Assembly (NCBI GenBank): GCA_905178155.1
Contig: CAJINV010000003.1
Span: forward strand, 3,963,600 to 4,027,599
Reading direction: 5' to 3'
Length of the DNA stretch: 64,000 nucleotides
Source of the DNA: Amoebophrya sp. A120
Taxonomy: Eukaryota; Protista; Dinoflagellata
Below, piece by piece: positions 12,201 through 25,029 of the stretch. Position 1 is the first letter of the stretch; the number at the start of each line of letters is the position of its first letter. Below the pieces are notes generated by a model. That model did no database searches and was not told where the DNA came from. It saw nothing but the letters and a program-made list of their open reading frames with translations. The position numbers and the translations under genes are program-made.

Positions 12201-15200
12201 GCTAGTTCGTCGGCTTTTGAAACGGCAAAAGCGGGACTTGATCAGCAGGACCAAGTGAAGTTGACGCAAACCTCAACAAACAACGATGTTGCGGAGCTTC
12301 AAAACCACGATCCGTCGCAGGACAAAAACCGCGCGCCGTCCTCCGATGCACGCACGCCGGCCTCGGCCGCCGGTGCGCTGGACGTAAAAGGGTTTAAGCT
12401 AAAAGGACGAACGGTAAAAACTCTAGACGAGGTGCAAAAGGCTGCGCTCCGAGTTCAGCAGGAGGCAGAGGACCGAGCGGCGAAGTCCGCGCAAAACGGA
12501 ACACAGCAGCCCAGCCACACCAGCAAGAGTTTCGATGAAGTGAATCGAGAGGCAGCGCTTCGCATACAACAACATGCGGAGCTTGATCGGAAAAACGATC
12601 ACCATGCTCCGGATGATACAACGGTAACAACAAGGGACGACCGCCAGCACGCGACGAGAGGCGCGTCAGGAGAAGCTCTTGCACCTGGAGCCGCAGGGGC
12701 TTCGCGGAAGAAAACTACGGCCGAAGTGAATAAAGCGGCAAAGCTGACCAACCAACAGCTGTTGTTGAAGAGAGCTGCAGCCATCATCGACCCGCACAGG
12801 CAGAAGAACATTTCCAGTGGTTCGACAGGTGATCAGCACAGATCACGTAGCCCGGATGAGCAGCCCTCGAACAATTTTGACACGAGCAAGATTTCTTTCA
12901 AATTTCTCACCAAGGAGGATGTTTCGGTGCGCACTAGGATTCCGCAACCGTTTGCTACGGTGGGGGGCGCGCAGAAGAAAACTCCTGCGCAGATGAGTCT
13001 GGAGGAGATCATGCAGAGTGAACAGCCGGCAGCGGGGGCACCGGTGGCAGCCTCGGAGGAGCTCCAGCCGTCAGAGAAAATGGCGACGGTTTTGCTGAAC
13101 AGAAATGCAGTACTAGGAATCGAAGCGCCGGACGAAGGCGAAGCAGGTGCGTCTTCCGCGCATGAAGAGCAGGGAAGACGCCACCCTTCCGATGGAAATG
13201 AGCGACGAGGACCGTCTGCGCAGCGGACTCCGAGGACTGCGGTTTTTGTTTCCAAGGAGAAGGTGTACGAACCTGCTGCCGGCGCGAGAAAAGCTGAATC
13301 CAGCAGTGCAGGCCAACACAGGAGGCTCACAGCCAGCGGACCAAAGACAATAGTGGAAATTGCGCCGCAACAAGTAGCCCCGAAGCGGACTGCCGACGAA
13401 CAAGAACTGAAGCGGAAGACCGTGCTGATCGGAAGCTCGGCACAGCCCAGAACCGGCTTTGAGACGAGCGTTACATCCGCGTTGCTTTCGTCTGCGCCAA
13501 ACAGGCATCCCATCGAGCCGGCCGCCGCGGTGCCAGACCTGAAAACCCTTGCCAGTCGGGATCCCACCGCGGCTTTTTCGAAAGCGTCCGTTACCATTTC
13601 GGCCCGGATAGAGCAGGGTCTTGCTCCTCCCGGAGCTGCTGCGTCGGTCCTGAGAGCGGGCATTCAGCCAGGTACTAAAAGTAGTGCTGAGCAGCAGCCA
13701 CAACTACCGGGAGCTGCGCCGAAAGCTGCGTCTGCGACCGTGAAAGCAGCACCGGAAATCGGGCCCGTGCGTCTGAAGTCGACGGTGCGTCCAATCGGGG
13801 AGCAGGAGCAGCCAGTGGAGAAAAAGAAAACCTTTTGGGCACGTCTGGTCGAGCAAGCCGCCGGAAAAGGCACAGCACCTGCGCAACCCGAAACGAAGCT
13901 GACACGGGCTCAAGAATTGATGGCGCGATCACAACCCTTCATTATTCCCAAAGCCGGCGGCGCTGCCGTCTCCAGCAAAAGTCGTGCCTCAAAGAAGCAG
14001 CAGGCGCAAAGCCCCGGGCAGCTGCCCATGGATTGGAGCAGTGAGTCGGATGCGGAACGAAATACGGCGAGCGGAAAAATACGGATTCGCGATAAGCACG
14101 CCAAGCAGCAGAAAGATGCTTTTTTTCAGGAAGCCGCAATTCCCGCAGCCGTCAAGATGGCGCGTGGAGGGAAGAAAACGAAGGAGGAAATCCGGGCCAA
14201 TCTGCTCAAGTTGAGGTCAGACCAAATGCAGCACAAAGTCAACGAAGAGGAAGTTGTGCCCGTTCAAGAAGAAAAGGCGGGAGACAAGAGCGGGCGCGAG
14301 AAAAAAGCTAGTCCAGCTTCGGAAGTAGAAAGTAAAGGCAAGAACAGTGCGCCGCACGCCGCAAGCTCTTCAACTGCGGTTCATCGAAATCAAACCAGGC
14401 AACAGCAGCCCAAAAAGCAGTTTCGACTCAGCGACGTGCAGCCCAACAGGCGCACGAGCGGTGGCGCTATCGCAGAGGACGAGCAGCACGAAGCCTTTGC
14501 TCGGCACGCCCTTCTGCAACTCTCAGACGATCCTTTCGATATGGTGGGGCCTGAAGAGGAAGTAGAACATCGGCCACAGACGGAGGAAGAAGACTTGGTG
14601 TTAGTTCCGCCGCCGCATTATGCGCCGGAGCTTCTAGTCTCCGCGAACTACATAGAACAAGAAAACGTCGCAGAAAGAATTCCTGGATCGAGCGGGAATG
14701 AAGACCTGAAAGTCAGCATAGATCGTTCCGTGTCATCGTCCTCCAAGCTACAGAATCCCCGCACAAACGCCAGGAGCAGAGAAAGCAGGCCCGCCGGCAC
14801 AACGGGTCGCACTGGAGCTGCAGCTACTGCCGGAATACAGGACCACTCGGGTGTGATAGTATTGGAGGATGAAGATGGCAAAGAGCCGGCGCTTCGAGGG
14901 TCTTCTAAAATTCTTGAGAAAGAGAAGGCACAGGCTGCAAGAAATGCGCCTAAGCAGGCAGCCCCACAGATCGAGCTGATTGCAAGTTCTAGAGGGCCCC
15001 GAGCAGCAGCGACTAGCGGGCGCACCGCCCCGGCGCCAACAAGCCAAGTGATAGCGACCTCGAGACACCCGCCACCACCTCCCAGCGGCCCATCTTCCAC
15101 TTCTGCGGCAGCGAGGTACTTGGATCATTTTTTCGCTTTCGTTTTTTTTTTTTTCGTATATATCTGTTTGGTATGGTATGCCGGCGAGGCGAGAGCGTGA

Positions 15201-15785
15201 AAATTTTCCATTGAGCCTTGAAAAAAAAACAGGAATGCGCCTCCACCTCCCCCACCGCGGGCGAAGGAACCGCCACAACCGCCAACGGTCGAGCAGCAGC
15301 AAAAGGGCGCAGCTGCAAGTAATCCCCCTGCCAGCACAGCCTCAACTGGGACGACCACCGGGACAAAGAAATACGATACTCTCTTGCCGGGGCATTTGGA
15401 TTTAGTGTCTCGCAACCGAGACAAGCGCGCCGTCACCAACAAAGGCGTGGGACTTCTGCTGTTGAGCAACAAGGAAGCAGAGCTAAGAGGTGCGGCCCGT
15501 AGTACAACTACGCAGCACCAGCAGAGCAATGGCTCGCATCCCCTTCCTCACATGTTGTTGGGGGGCGGTAGATCCTCATCTTCCTCGGTCCCCGGCGGAG
15601 AGCCTGCCGAAACGACCCCCAGTGCGCTCCAAACGGCCCGGACCCCGGGAGGGACCGTGCGGCCACTGGTAGGAGGGGCTACGCGAGTGCCCAAGGCGTC
15701 CTTCAAAGCTCCTCAGCCTAAGAAGTCGGACGCCAGCACCCGGACCAGCAGCTACCTCGACCGCTTGAAAGAGCGTTTGGGCTGA
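6250..15785 (+). CDS. Very large (~2,950 aa) low-complexity, Lys/Arg/Ser-rich hypothetical protein; exons 6250-6529, 6768-10638, 10970-15115, 15233-15785
   Basis: ORFs of 1313 and 1368 aa plus flanking ORFs join in frame across three GT-AG introns; many poly-Lys NLS-like tracts; no recognisable domain. Confidence 0.7.
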
Positions 15786-17046
15786 GCACGGGGACGAGAC
15801 AGCGGGCGGAGAATTTTTTGACCCGCCCTACTTACCGTTGATAAAGTGTGATCTCTCAGCAGTCAGCAATGAGACTGACAGCGTTCCATTGCTCAAGCGA
15901 GCACGACCACGTGCCTTCCTGGTAAGTACGATGCAAGCGAGCTTTTCTGCGCGACCTTTTCTCATCCCTGTCGGCTTTTATTGAAAAGAATATACCTTAA
16001 TTGTTGCTGTTCAGCTTCAGTGCAAGTCTACTAGCAGATACACGACTTTTTGAAACACGCATGAAACCAAAAAAGAAAACGAAAATCTAAAACTATCAAC
16101 TTACTACAAAAGAATAAAAAAGCACTGCCAGACGGACTGTATTTCCAGATGGCAAGCAAAACTAAAGACGACCGATTTGCAACATGGGTATTTTTCGAAT
16201 GAAATTACGGAAAAACTAGGACTACAATACCGACGTTCACATTTGGTGCCCTAGGTAGAGGACACTCTGAGAACGCAAGATCCTTTTTTTCCTTCATCAA
16301 GTTAACCCCGAACGAGTACGACGACACTCCCTTCAAGAATTTCATACTTTTAGCGACCGAAACTACAAAGAACCAAAATAAAACTGAAGCGTATTACATC
16401 CATGAATCCCCCATCGGCCGCAATCATAATAAATTGGGCAGGAGGAATAAATGCGAGTTGCTTCTTGTTCTGCATGATACGTGCTCGCCTGGGCAGCAAC
16501 TTGTGAATTTGCCAGAGCTCCTTGTCTACTAGTTCGTTTCAATAACATATAGAAATTTAATGATGTCACGCCGTCTTTATGGAGACAGAGTCGTCGCGGC
16601 TGCAAATCTTCGCAATCGAAATCGTTATCGTCGCTTCTATTCATTTTCGTTCTCGATAATGTCGTCGTCGTCTTTCTCGTCATCGAATCGTTTTATATGC
16701 TCCTAGATTTGGGTTTGTCTTGCTCTCGCTTGTTCGTCTTTTTTGGCCGGTTGATTGTCGAAGACCCGCGTGTCGGTAAAAACTTGAACAGAGGATGTAT
16801 CGCGACATTGATGCATTATGACTATAGACTAATTTAACCGCCAAAGCCATAGCCAATCGGAAACGAAATCGCAAGTAAGGTGTTATCGCAACAACGCGTA
16901 GGAGAGGTTTCGTGGGTCCTCGTCATCAATATCATGGCAGTCGGGTATCAATGGAGATAAGTAGTAAGCAGGTATGGAAGACGAAGAACACCATAGTATT
17001 TTGGAACTTGAAGTTGTAGATCGACGAGTGTTGTTGAAACTCATAC

Positions 17047-18292
17047 TTGCCAGCCATGCTGCCTGTGGACCCGTTGCGAGGTTCGGCCCTGCGAGGAAAT
17101 CCCGGTGGTTTTCGGGAGCCCAGTGCGAATGTGACTGGATACGCTGCCATTGTTGGATACGTCTTTGCGCTGCTCAGCTTCGTATCAATTGATCTATTTG
17201 TGCTAGAACTGTACATGCAAGTGAATGTGTATCTATACGTTTGGTTTGTCTACTCTTGAGTTGGTGATTTTTGCCTTCGCAAAACGTGTGAGCGAACTTG
17301 TCCGCTTTTCGATGTGTTGCAACTTCTGAGAGAGACTTTTCTCTCCCTCTCATCAATTATTTTTTCCCTGATAAAAAACCGAACAAACAGCTCGGGCTGA
17401 TCTTGTGGCTGGTGCTGGTTTGGATCTCCTGGGGCAACAAGTCGGCGACGAAAACAACACTGTTTTCCATCCCGCTGCTGCAGAACATTGTGGCTTGCTG
17501 TCGGTGCATATGACAGTGCACGACAAGAACTCCCCCTCCCCCTCATTTGTATAGCACGAACGGCAATACAAGCATCAGCAAGAGTGCTGGTTTTGCATGA
17601 CGAATTTGCACTGGAGTGTAATGCTATTTGGGCTACGAGAACTTGTCACGCAAATAGTGCCAAGAGGCAAAGGGTGGATTGGGTATTTTGCATGACGAAT
17701 TTTTAGGGGGAGCGGGAGTTGTGCACTTTCATAGTGCAGGAGCCTTTTCAGCCGGGTCTTGGGCGAAGAAGAGGAAGGTCAGTCTTCTTCTGATCCAGAC
17801 GACAGCGACGAGTCGTGTCCCGAGTCCGCTAACGAAGAAGAATCCCGTGCGATGAACGGCGCAAACTCGCGGCTAGACAAGTCAGGCGGCGCGCTGAGCA
17901 GTACAGTGACAACCCTCGTAGCAGATGGTACAACATCGATGGCACAGGAGTCGTCGGGGAAGCCACTACAACTTCCAATGATATCGAGTAAAACTTCCTC
18001 AAAAAACAAGAAGAAGACCAGCAGATGGACGCGCGTAACCGAACTTCATCAAGCAAGGGAAAAGAATTTCGCCGCCGAGGAGAGCGTGGGGGTCGCGGTG
18101 CGGAAGCCAAAACGGAGTTCGAAGCAAGCGACTGGCGGTGTGGAACAAGATGGCAGTGGCCGTGCCGATGGGGACCACGAACTACACGACCCTAGCACGG
18201 CCAGGAAGGGCTCGAAGAACACGGGTGCCTCGAGCAAATACAAGCCGTTCAAGCTGCGGTCGTACATGGAAGCATCGCCATTTGGTCCATGA
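17047..18292 (+). CDS. Hypothetical membrane protein (two hydrophobic segments, charged tail); 5' end uncertain
   Basis: YAAIVGYVFALLSFVSIDLFVLELYMQ, GT-AG intron 17221-17390, LGLILWLVLVWISW, introner 17509-17733, then RSLFSRVLGEEEE in frame with ORF 17759-18292. Confidence 0.55.
17509..17733. mobile_element. Introner element, distinct TIR family G (225 bp), TSD GTGCA
   Basis: TATGACAGTGCACGAC...CTCCCCCTCCCCCT at the left, AGGGGGAGCGGGAGTTGTGCACTTTCATA at the right; GTGCA at 17504-17508 and 17734-17738; frame restored on removal. Confidence 0.85.
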
Positions 18293-18984
18293 ATACGGCG
18301 TTCTCATGGACTTTGTAAAAATACGAGATGAGTTGGAGCTGTTGCCCATTACACTGAAGCTCGCGCTTCTCTTTACTTCTGCCGTACAAGTAATTTCCAA
18401 TTTTCATAGCCTCAATGTATCAATTTGGAATGTACAGAATTTATACGAAAATTAGAATGATAGCTACTGAATCTTCCCATTATGTTCATAATTGTACAAG
18501 ACTCGCCGGTGCAAGTGCATTGATGAAGAGAAGAAGTCATTCAAGTTGCGTCGCTCGTATCAGGATAAGGAACGACAGCTGTATGAAAGCTTGAGATTTT
18601 CAGAAAAGGTAAAAGAAACAGCAAAAGAGCAGAAAAAAAGACAGCATCGACCTGCTCTACTGTCGTCGTGCGCGGTACATGCCTTATTCCTACCGCTGTG
18701 GTTTTTTTCTTTTTTTGCGCCTGCCTGGCATTTCGCTGCGCATAGCGTCTCTCAGTATCTGAGTTGTGCCGGTAAAAGCCCGGACCTTAAAGAACTAATT
18801 GTACACACGGCGAGTCTGTCAATCTCGAGAGGGACATAAGCTAGAGTAGCTCGTCAAGGATGAGCTGTGCTCATTTAGTGCGTCCCAGGTCGCCGGCACG
18901 AGAGTTCTTTACGCCATAAAGTTAGATTCGGACTGAAATTCGCAGCCAGAATAACAAGAGCATCGCAATCGGCGCAAACTGAAA

Positions 18985-20626
18985 ATGCTTGCCTCACTCC
19001 AGGGTTACGCGGACGCGGTGCGGGGCAAGTTTAGATCGCAGAAGGAGGTGTTGCAGAAGAGCTTCACGGAGAACTCGCTTTGGGGAAACAAAAACAGCAA
19101 CAGCCGTAATTTCACCACCGCAGCGCCGTCGTACCCAATCACAGCGGAGTGCTTCGTCGGACCACGCGGCAAGGTGTGCGGTGGCGGGGAAGAGCAGGCA
19201 GATACCTGCGTGGGCAAGGTGACCTTCGTACAACCGAGCGAAGACATCTGCAACATAGCATGGGACCTGACGGGATGCGGGAAGGAGGGAGAGCACGGCT
19301 TCCACATTCACGAAAAGGCCGACTTTTCCAACGGCTGCGACTCGGCCGGGCCGCATTACAATCCCTTCGGTAATACACGAAGAAATATACAGAGTTGGAG
19401 TAGCAACAAGTTGTAACAGCACTCTATTGGACTGGTGTACGGTCATAGAAATAGTCATGTAGCAGGTGCTGATGTTGCGCGTTGCTCCCTGTAGGTGCAC
19501 AGATGTGACTGGCCACATGATCCGCCCCTGCTAGAGCTATAAAACTGTTGACCATTTTGGCAATTTGTTAGCTTTGCAAAGTGTTGAATTTTCTGTACCA
19601 GGCAAAACGCATGGCGGTCCGCAGGACGAAGAGCGACACGTTGGGGACATGGGGAACATCATCGTCGACAAAAGTGGCAGTTCGACGGGGACTCTCTCGG
19701 ACCATTTAATCAAGCTAACGGGGGAATACAGGTATGAATTGCTGCGTCGCTAAGCGGCCCTGAACTTTTTTTCGCTGCAAAATGACACTCGGATTACATG
19801 GAGCAATAGGAACGCGGTGCGTCATTTCAAACCTCTGCTTCATAACCTTAACCGCAGCGTCATCGGCCGGTCCGATATTGAAGGGAAAACAGCCGCTCGT
19901 TAACAGGTTGGCATGCTACTTTCTTATTACATATATAAATATAACCACACCTTGCGAGCCTCCTCGTGGTCTGCTTCATTGTTCTGTGATGTTCTGCTCC
20001 TCAGTTAAAAGCGGAACATAAGTGCGATCATGATCCAATATACCATTCTGCGCGTGCGGCTCACCGAAGAGGAGTTCAGCCTTGCGGCATTCACTCATTG
20101 CGGCATTCACAGTCCATGAACCTGGAGCGTGCAGCTGCGTTCTTCGTTTGCATACTCGTTATGGTGCACGCGGATCCGGACGATCTCGGTCGTGGCGACA
20201 ATAGCGAAACAGGCGTCAACGATATCCAATGGAGTTTCTTTCGTCAGAAATACTGCGCAGAACTAATGCATGCGCGAGGGTGTACTTGTAGTTGAAGAGA
20301 CATGCAGTTGGGTTTGATGTTTGACGGGTGCAAATAGGACGCAGCTCGCTGTAGCTGCTTCCGTCGAAGAGCTTTTTGATCACCAGACAGACAGGAGACA
20401 CTGCTGCATGAAGAAATATCCTGCAGTGTTCAAAGTCGGTCTTCGGATTCGGAACATCTTTTTTGAAGCGCATAGGCAAATTGTGATTGCTTGGCAGAAG
20501 TAAGCAACAGAAACATAAATCAGACTGGCACGGCCGGGATTTCCTGATGAAGGAAGTTTTCTTTTGGATAATCGGCAAGACGTCGAAAACAACCGGAAAT
20601 GCGGGGGCGCGCATAGCGTGTGGTGA
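18985..20626 (+). CDS. SOD1: Cu/Zn superoxide dismutase, multi-exon, with N-terminal extension; last codons unresolved
   Basis: [67 protein letters not shown]: the canonical metal-ligand motifs across exons. Confidence 0.92.
20223..20570. mobile_element. Eroded introner-type non-canonical intron in SOD
   Basis: Ends TATCCAA...TTGGATA; imperfect flanks AACGA/ATCGG; removal of element plus 5 bp joins GVN-GKTSKTTGNAG; no GT-AG at the boundaries. Confidence 0.65.
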
Positions 20627-21502
20627 AAGTATGCAGTCGCAACGATCGGCGGTCGCAAATCAAGCGGGGCCGATTCCAAATTGAAATTCTTGCATGATTT
20701 GAGAAACTTGCTTCCACTTACGAAGTAACGCGTCGGCGTGGCTGGTAAAAAGAGAGCATTTGTTTTGATATTTTTGCCGCGCAAACAAAGGGGGCCACGG
20801 AGTTCAAAATCCGGGCTTGATTTTCGTTTTTGGGCTTCATAAAGATCGTTCTCGCCTGACCCCGGGCACGGCATCGAATGTATCTTCGGTACGGGCGGAC
20901 CAGACGCTAAAACGTCTTCGTTGGAGAAGGAGAGAGCGTAGCACGACAGGTATTAGTATGAATAGGAATAGCAGGAACTATGCTGGCAACAGCACCACAT
21001 TCAAACGTCCTAAACAGGTCGTAAGCACACAAAGAATAACAAGGATCTGTCCAATAGCAATATTCGTCGCGACATGTCGTGATCGACCACTGAAGACGCA
21101 GATACAAAACTGTCGCATCGTTCTTGCTCGAAACCCAAAAGGCAAACGTGAAGGACGTGCCATACACCGAAAATGCAGCCGCAATCGAACAAAGACTCGA
21201 TACTGCGACACAGTCATGATGCAGTTTCTCTTTTGCCCTTTGTAATCGCATGTTCATTTTTGCTTGATCTCCGTTCTTACTTCGCCTGTTTTACTGGCCG
21301 CGTTCACTTTTTCAGCCACTTCGTACCTTGTGGACCTCCTTTCACCGTTACTTTTGTTCGATCCGATCCCATCCATCGTGGATATCTGATCAGTAGATCT
21401 TTCACACCAGAACTTGATTTTATATGGAGGTAGGCGGCCAGTAGACAGTGATAGGGAAGTTGTGTGTGCTGCTTTACCGGTGCTAGGACTGAGTCAGTGG
21501 TC

Positions 21503-24500
21503 ATGCGGGTTGTCCTTTCGTCTGCCGTGGCCATGGCTGGCCTGGCCGCCGCGTCCGAGAAGAGCAGACCAGTGTCCAAGGTGATCAAGCTTCTGAAGGA
21601 CATGCAGGCGCAACTGGAGGCAGAAGGCGAGGAGGTACCTTGTCTTCTAAATTTAGGCTACACGAAGATCTCCGCGCCATTTAGTTTGACACGTCAGCCT
21701 TTTCTAAATACGCGAAATTTCTGTTGATGTTGAATTTGCGACTACTCATATGGGTAGGCATAGCTTGAGCTTGAAGCACCGCTCCCAAAATTCCCTTTTC
21801 AGGATGAGAGCACCTTTAAGAAGATGGGTTGCTGGTGCGACACAACAAAAGCAGAGACTGCCGAGGCAATCGAAACCGACAAGTATCAACTGTAAAAATG
21901 TCTGGGTCTGGAAGATTCTGAGACCTGTCATGCATGTTTTGCCTTGGCCATGATGTCTGTGATGCATGCCCTAGCATCACAGATTTTTTGAGGGCTTCGC
22001 GATGCCTATTCCGCATGACAAATGCCCTCTCCGCGTAGCAAAAATTGCATTCCCTTTGCTGCTCATGCAATACAGATTTTTCTGGAATCCAAATTCAGCA
22101 TCACAAGTTCCAACTTTCCAGACCCAGACATTTTTACATTTGATAACAAGAAGTGCATTGCAAAAGCCACGGCCGACATTGAGCAGGCCACCGGGGCCAA
22201 AGCCGCGGCAAAGACGGCAAAAGCTGAGCTCGAGGAGCGCATCGCCAAGGACACACAGGATTTGGAAACAGCAACAGAGATGCGAGCAAAAGAGCTCGCG
22301 GCCTTCACGGAAGAGACCAAGGAGATGGTCCAGGCTATCGGGGCTCTGAAGAGCGCTATCACGGTGCTGAAGAAGCACCAGAGCTTTCTGCAGACCGACT
22401 CGAAATTCAAGTCCGTGCGGGACACCCTGATGAGCAACATGGAGCTGTTCGACCGCCGACATCTCGGCGAGATCTCCGGGCAGCAGAAGCGCGCTCTGTC
22501 TAAATTTCTCCAGCAACCCAGCTTCTCCGCTTACAGGTATATCTTCTACCGAAGAAAGTTGATATTGCCGCTGTGATTTTTGAAGGTATGATTTTCAATT
22601 CGTGTATCTTAGTGAAGCTAAATTGCAATCTCGCGTTTGTCGAAAATACCGAAACATCGAAAAACAGCTCGCAGTCGGGCGAGATCTTTGGAATTCTCGA
22701 GAACATGCTGGACACCTTCAATGCTGATCTCAAGACCGCCGAGGAAGAGGAGGCCGCGGCGGTGCAGCAGTTCACCGAACTGAAGAAACTGAAGGAAGAG
22801 CAGATTGCCCGCGACACCGAGCAGCTGGGCAAGGAAAACGAAAAGTTCGCGGCTGCCACCACCAAGCTGGCGGACTCGGAGGCCACTAAAGCGGACTGCG
22901 AGGACTCTTTGGAAAAGGACACGCAGCTCCTTTACGGAATGAGAAGCGGCGGAGGAAAGTTCGTTAGTAGAGTTAAGATTGAACGTGGGTCGGCTGGAGG
23001 CGATGTAGTACTTAGCTATCGAAATACTGTTGCGTTCAGCGTTGCTTCGCAGGCACAGCGCTAGACGACAGCGCCATCGTTTAGTTCAGTTTTGCATTAA
23101 TAATGATGACGTGGATTTCCTGTCGCGCTTCTCTCCTTCCATACTTTCGCCGAAGCCACTGAGACCTGCACGCAGAATGAGCAGGAGTACTCGGAGCGCT
23201 CGAAGTCCCGCGCTGAGGAGCTTGCCGCTGTCGGTAAGGCCCTGGAATTCTTGAACAGCGACGAAGCCCATGAGCTCTTTGGCAAGGCCCTCGGCTTTTT
23301 GCAGGTTGCCTCGGACTCTGCCGACAAGGCGCGCGATGTGCTGCGCAGGGCTGGCCAGCAGTACGGAAACCCGGAGATCCTCAGCTTGGCACAGAAGGTA
23401 ATAAATAAGGATGTTTTTTAAAATTAAATCCACCTGACATCAGCACCTCTACTTATGTGCACATGCACTCTTACATCATGAAGCTGCACTTGCAAAATTT
23501 TTTTATCTCTCCTGCCCCACCGGGTGACTACATCAATGTTTGTCTTTACCTCAGGTGAAGTCCGATGCTTTCGCGCCGGTCATCCACGCCATTGACGACC
23601 TGGTGAAGGACATTAAGGCACAGATGGCCGATGACGTCAAGCAGCGGGACACCTGCACCAAGGAGATCAACGAGCGCACCAAGGTCGTTACCAAGCTCGA
23701 CAACGAAATCACCAACCTCAGCGCGGAGATGGAGCGTCTGGAGGCCGCCATTGCCACGCTGAAGGAGAACATCGAGCAGACCGCGGCGGAGATCAAGGAG
23801 GCCGAGGAGCAGCTGTCCAAGGCCTCCGCGCTGCGCCAGCAGGCCAACGTGGACTTCCAGGTCGCGCTGAAGGATGAAAAGGACAGCATTGCCGTGCTGA
23901 AGAAGGCCGAACAGGTGCTGGCCAAGGTGTACGCCCCGAAGCTGCTGCAGCAGAGCCCGACCTTCAAGACCTACGAGAAGTCCTCCGGCGGCAACAAGGT
24001 CTTGTCCATGATCGCCACTATCATCGCAGATACTGAAAAGTTATCAACTGCAAAAATGTCTGGGTCTGGAAGATCTGAGACCTGTCATGCAAGTTTTGCA
24101 TGAGCCATGATGTCTGTGATGCATGCCCTAGGATCAGAGATTTTTTGAGGGCTTCTTGATGCCTATTCCGCATGACAAGTGCCCTCTTCCCGTATCAAAA
24201 ATCACATTTCCTTTGCCGCTCATGCAATACAGATTTTTTTGGAATCCAAACGCAGCATCACAAGTTGCAATCTTCCAGACCCAGACATTTTTGCATTTGA
24301 TAAAAGTCCGCGGAACTCCGCATCGCCGAGGAAAAGGCGTCGCAGAAAGAGTATTTTACAAAAACTACGCCCCGTTTTACTTTTCGCGATTTTCCTCTTG
24401 ATGGGGAACGACATGTTAACCATGACATGTTTTGGGTGAATTCAATGCAACGAGTCAAAAAATGCTGAAATTCGAATTTCTCTCAGGTACGAAAAGTTCG

Positions 24501-25029
24501 TGAAGAACTCCAACGACAGTATCAAGGACAAGAAGGCGCTGAAGGCCCAGCTCACGGAAGAGAAGGCCAGCAGTGAGGAGAAGCTGCAAGAGACGACGGA
24601 CAAGAAGAAATTCACGACCGACAGCCACACGGCCGAGACCGCGGCGCTGGACCAGTGGAAGTCCGACTGCAAGTTATCAAATGCAAAAATGCCTGGGTCT
24701 GGAAACTTTTGATGCAACTCCGTGAAAAGTAAGTGGAGTGCTCTGCAATTGGCCGCCTCGCATGACAACTTTTTTCGTGCTTGTGTGATGCGTATTTCGC
24801 ATGCGAAGCTGCGCTTTTGCACGGCAGGCAGGAGGACCTCTTGGCGGCCACGCAATACAGAGTGCAGAGTCATGCCAGACTGGCGTGACAATCTTCCAGA
24901 CCCAGACATATTTGCACTTGATACAAGTTCTTGTTCGACAACTTCGAAATCCGCCAAGAGCACATGTCCGGCGAGATTGAGGCTCTGGGCGAGGCAAAGG
25001 CTTTCTTAAAGGGGATGAAGCTGGACTAA
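21503..25029 (+). CDS. Secreted coiled-coil protein of a dinoflagellate-type uncharacterised family
   Basis: Signal-peptide-like N-terminus, RPVSKVIKLLKDM...KMGCWC, long heptad regions, ends EIEALGEAKAFLKGMKLD*. Continuous frame after removing four GT-AG introns and four TIR-type introns. Confidence 0.8.
21884..22145. mobile_element. Introner element, main TIR, family B (262 bp), TSD ACAAG
   Basis: ~30-bp TIRs; ACAAG on both sides; removal gives AIETDK-KCIAKA. Confidence 0.93.
22933..23143. mobile_element. Eroded introner-type non-canonical intron (211 bp)
   Basis: TACGGAATGAGAAGCGGCGGAGGAAA ... TTTCCTGTCGCGCTTCTCTCCTTCCATA imperfect inverted repeat; removal plus 5 bp gives DTQLL-AEATETC. 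Confidence 0.65.
24042..24302. mobile_element. Introner element, main TIR, family B (261 bp), TSD AAAGT
   Basis: TIRs present; close copy of 21884-22145; removal gives TEK-SAELRIAEE. Confidence 0.93.
24675..24923. mobile_element. Introner element, main TIR, family D (249 bp), TSD CAAGT
   Basis: TIRs present; removal gives SDCK-FLFDNFEIRQ. Confidence 0.93.
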
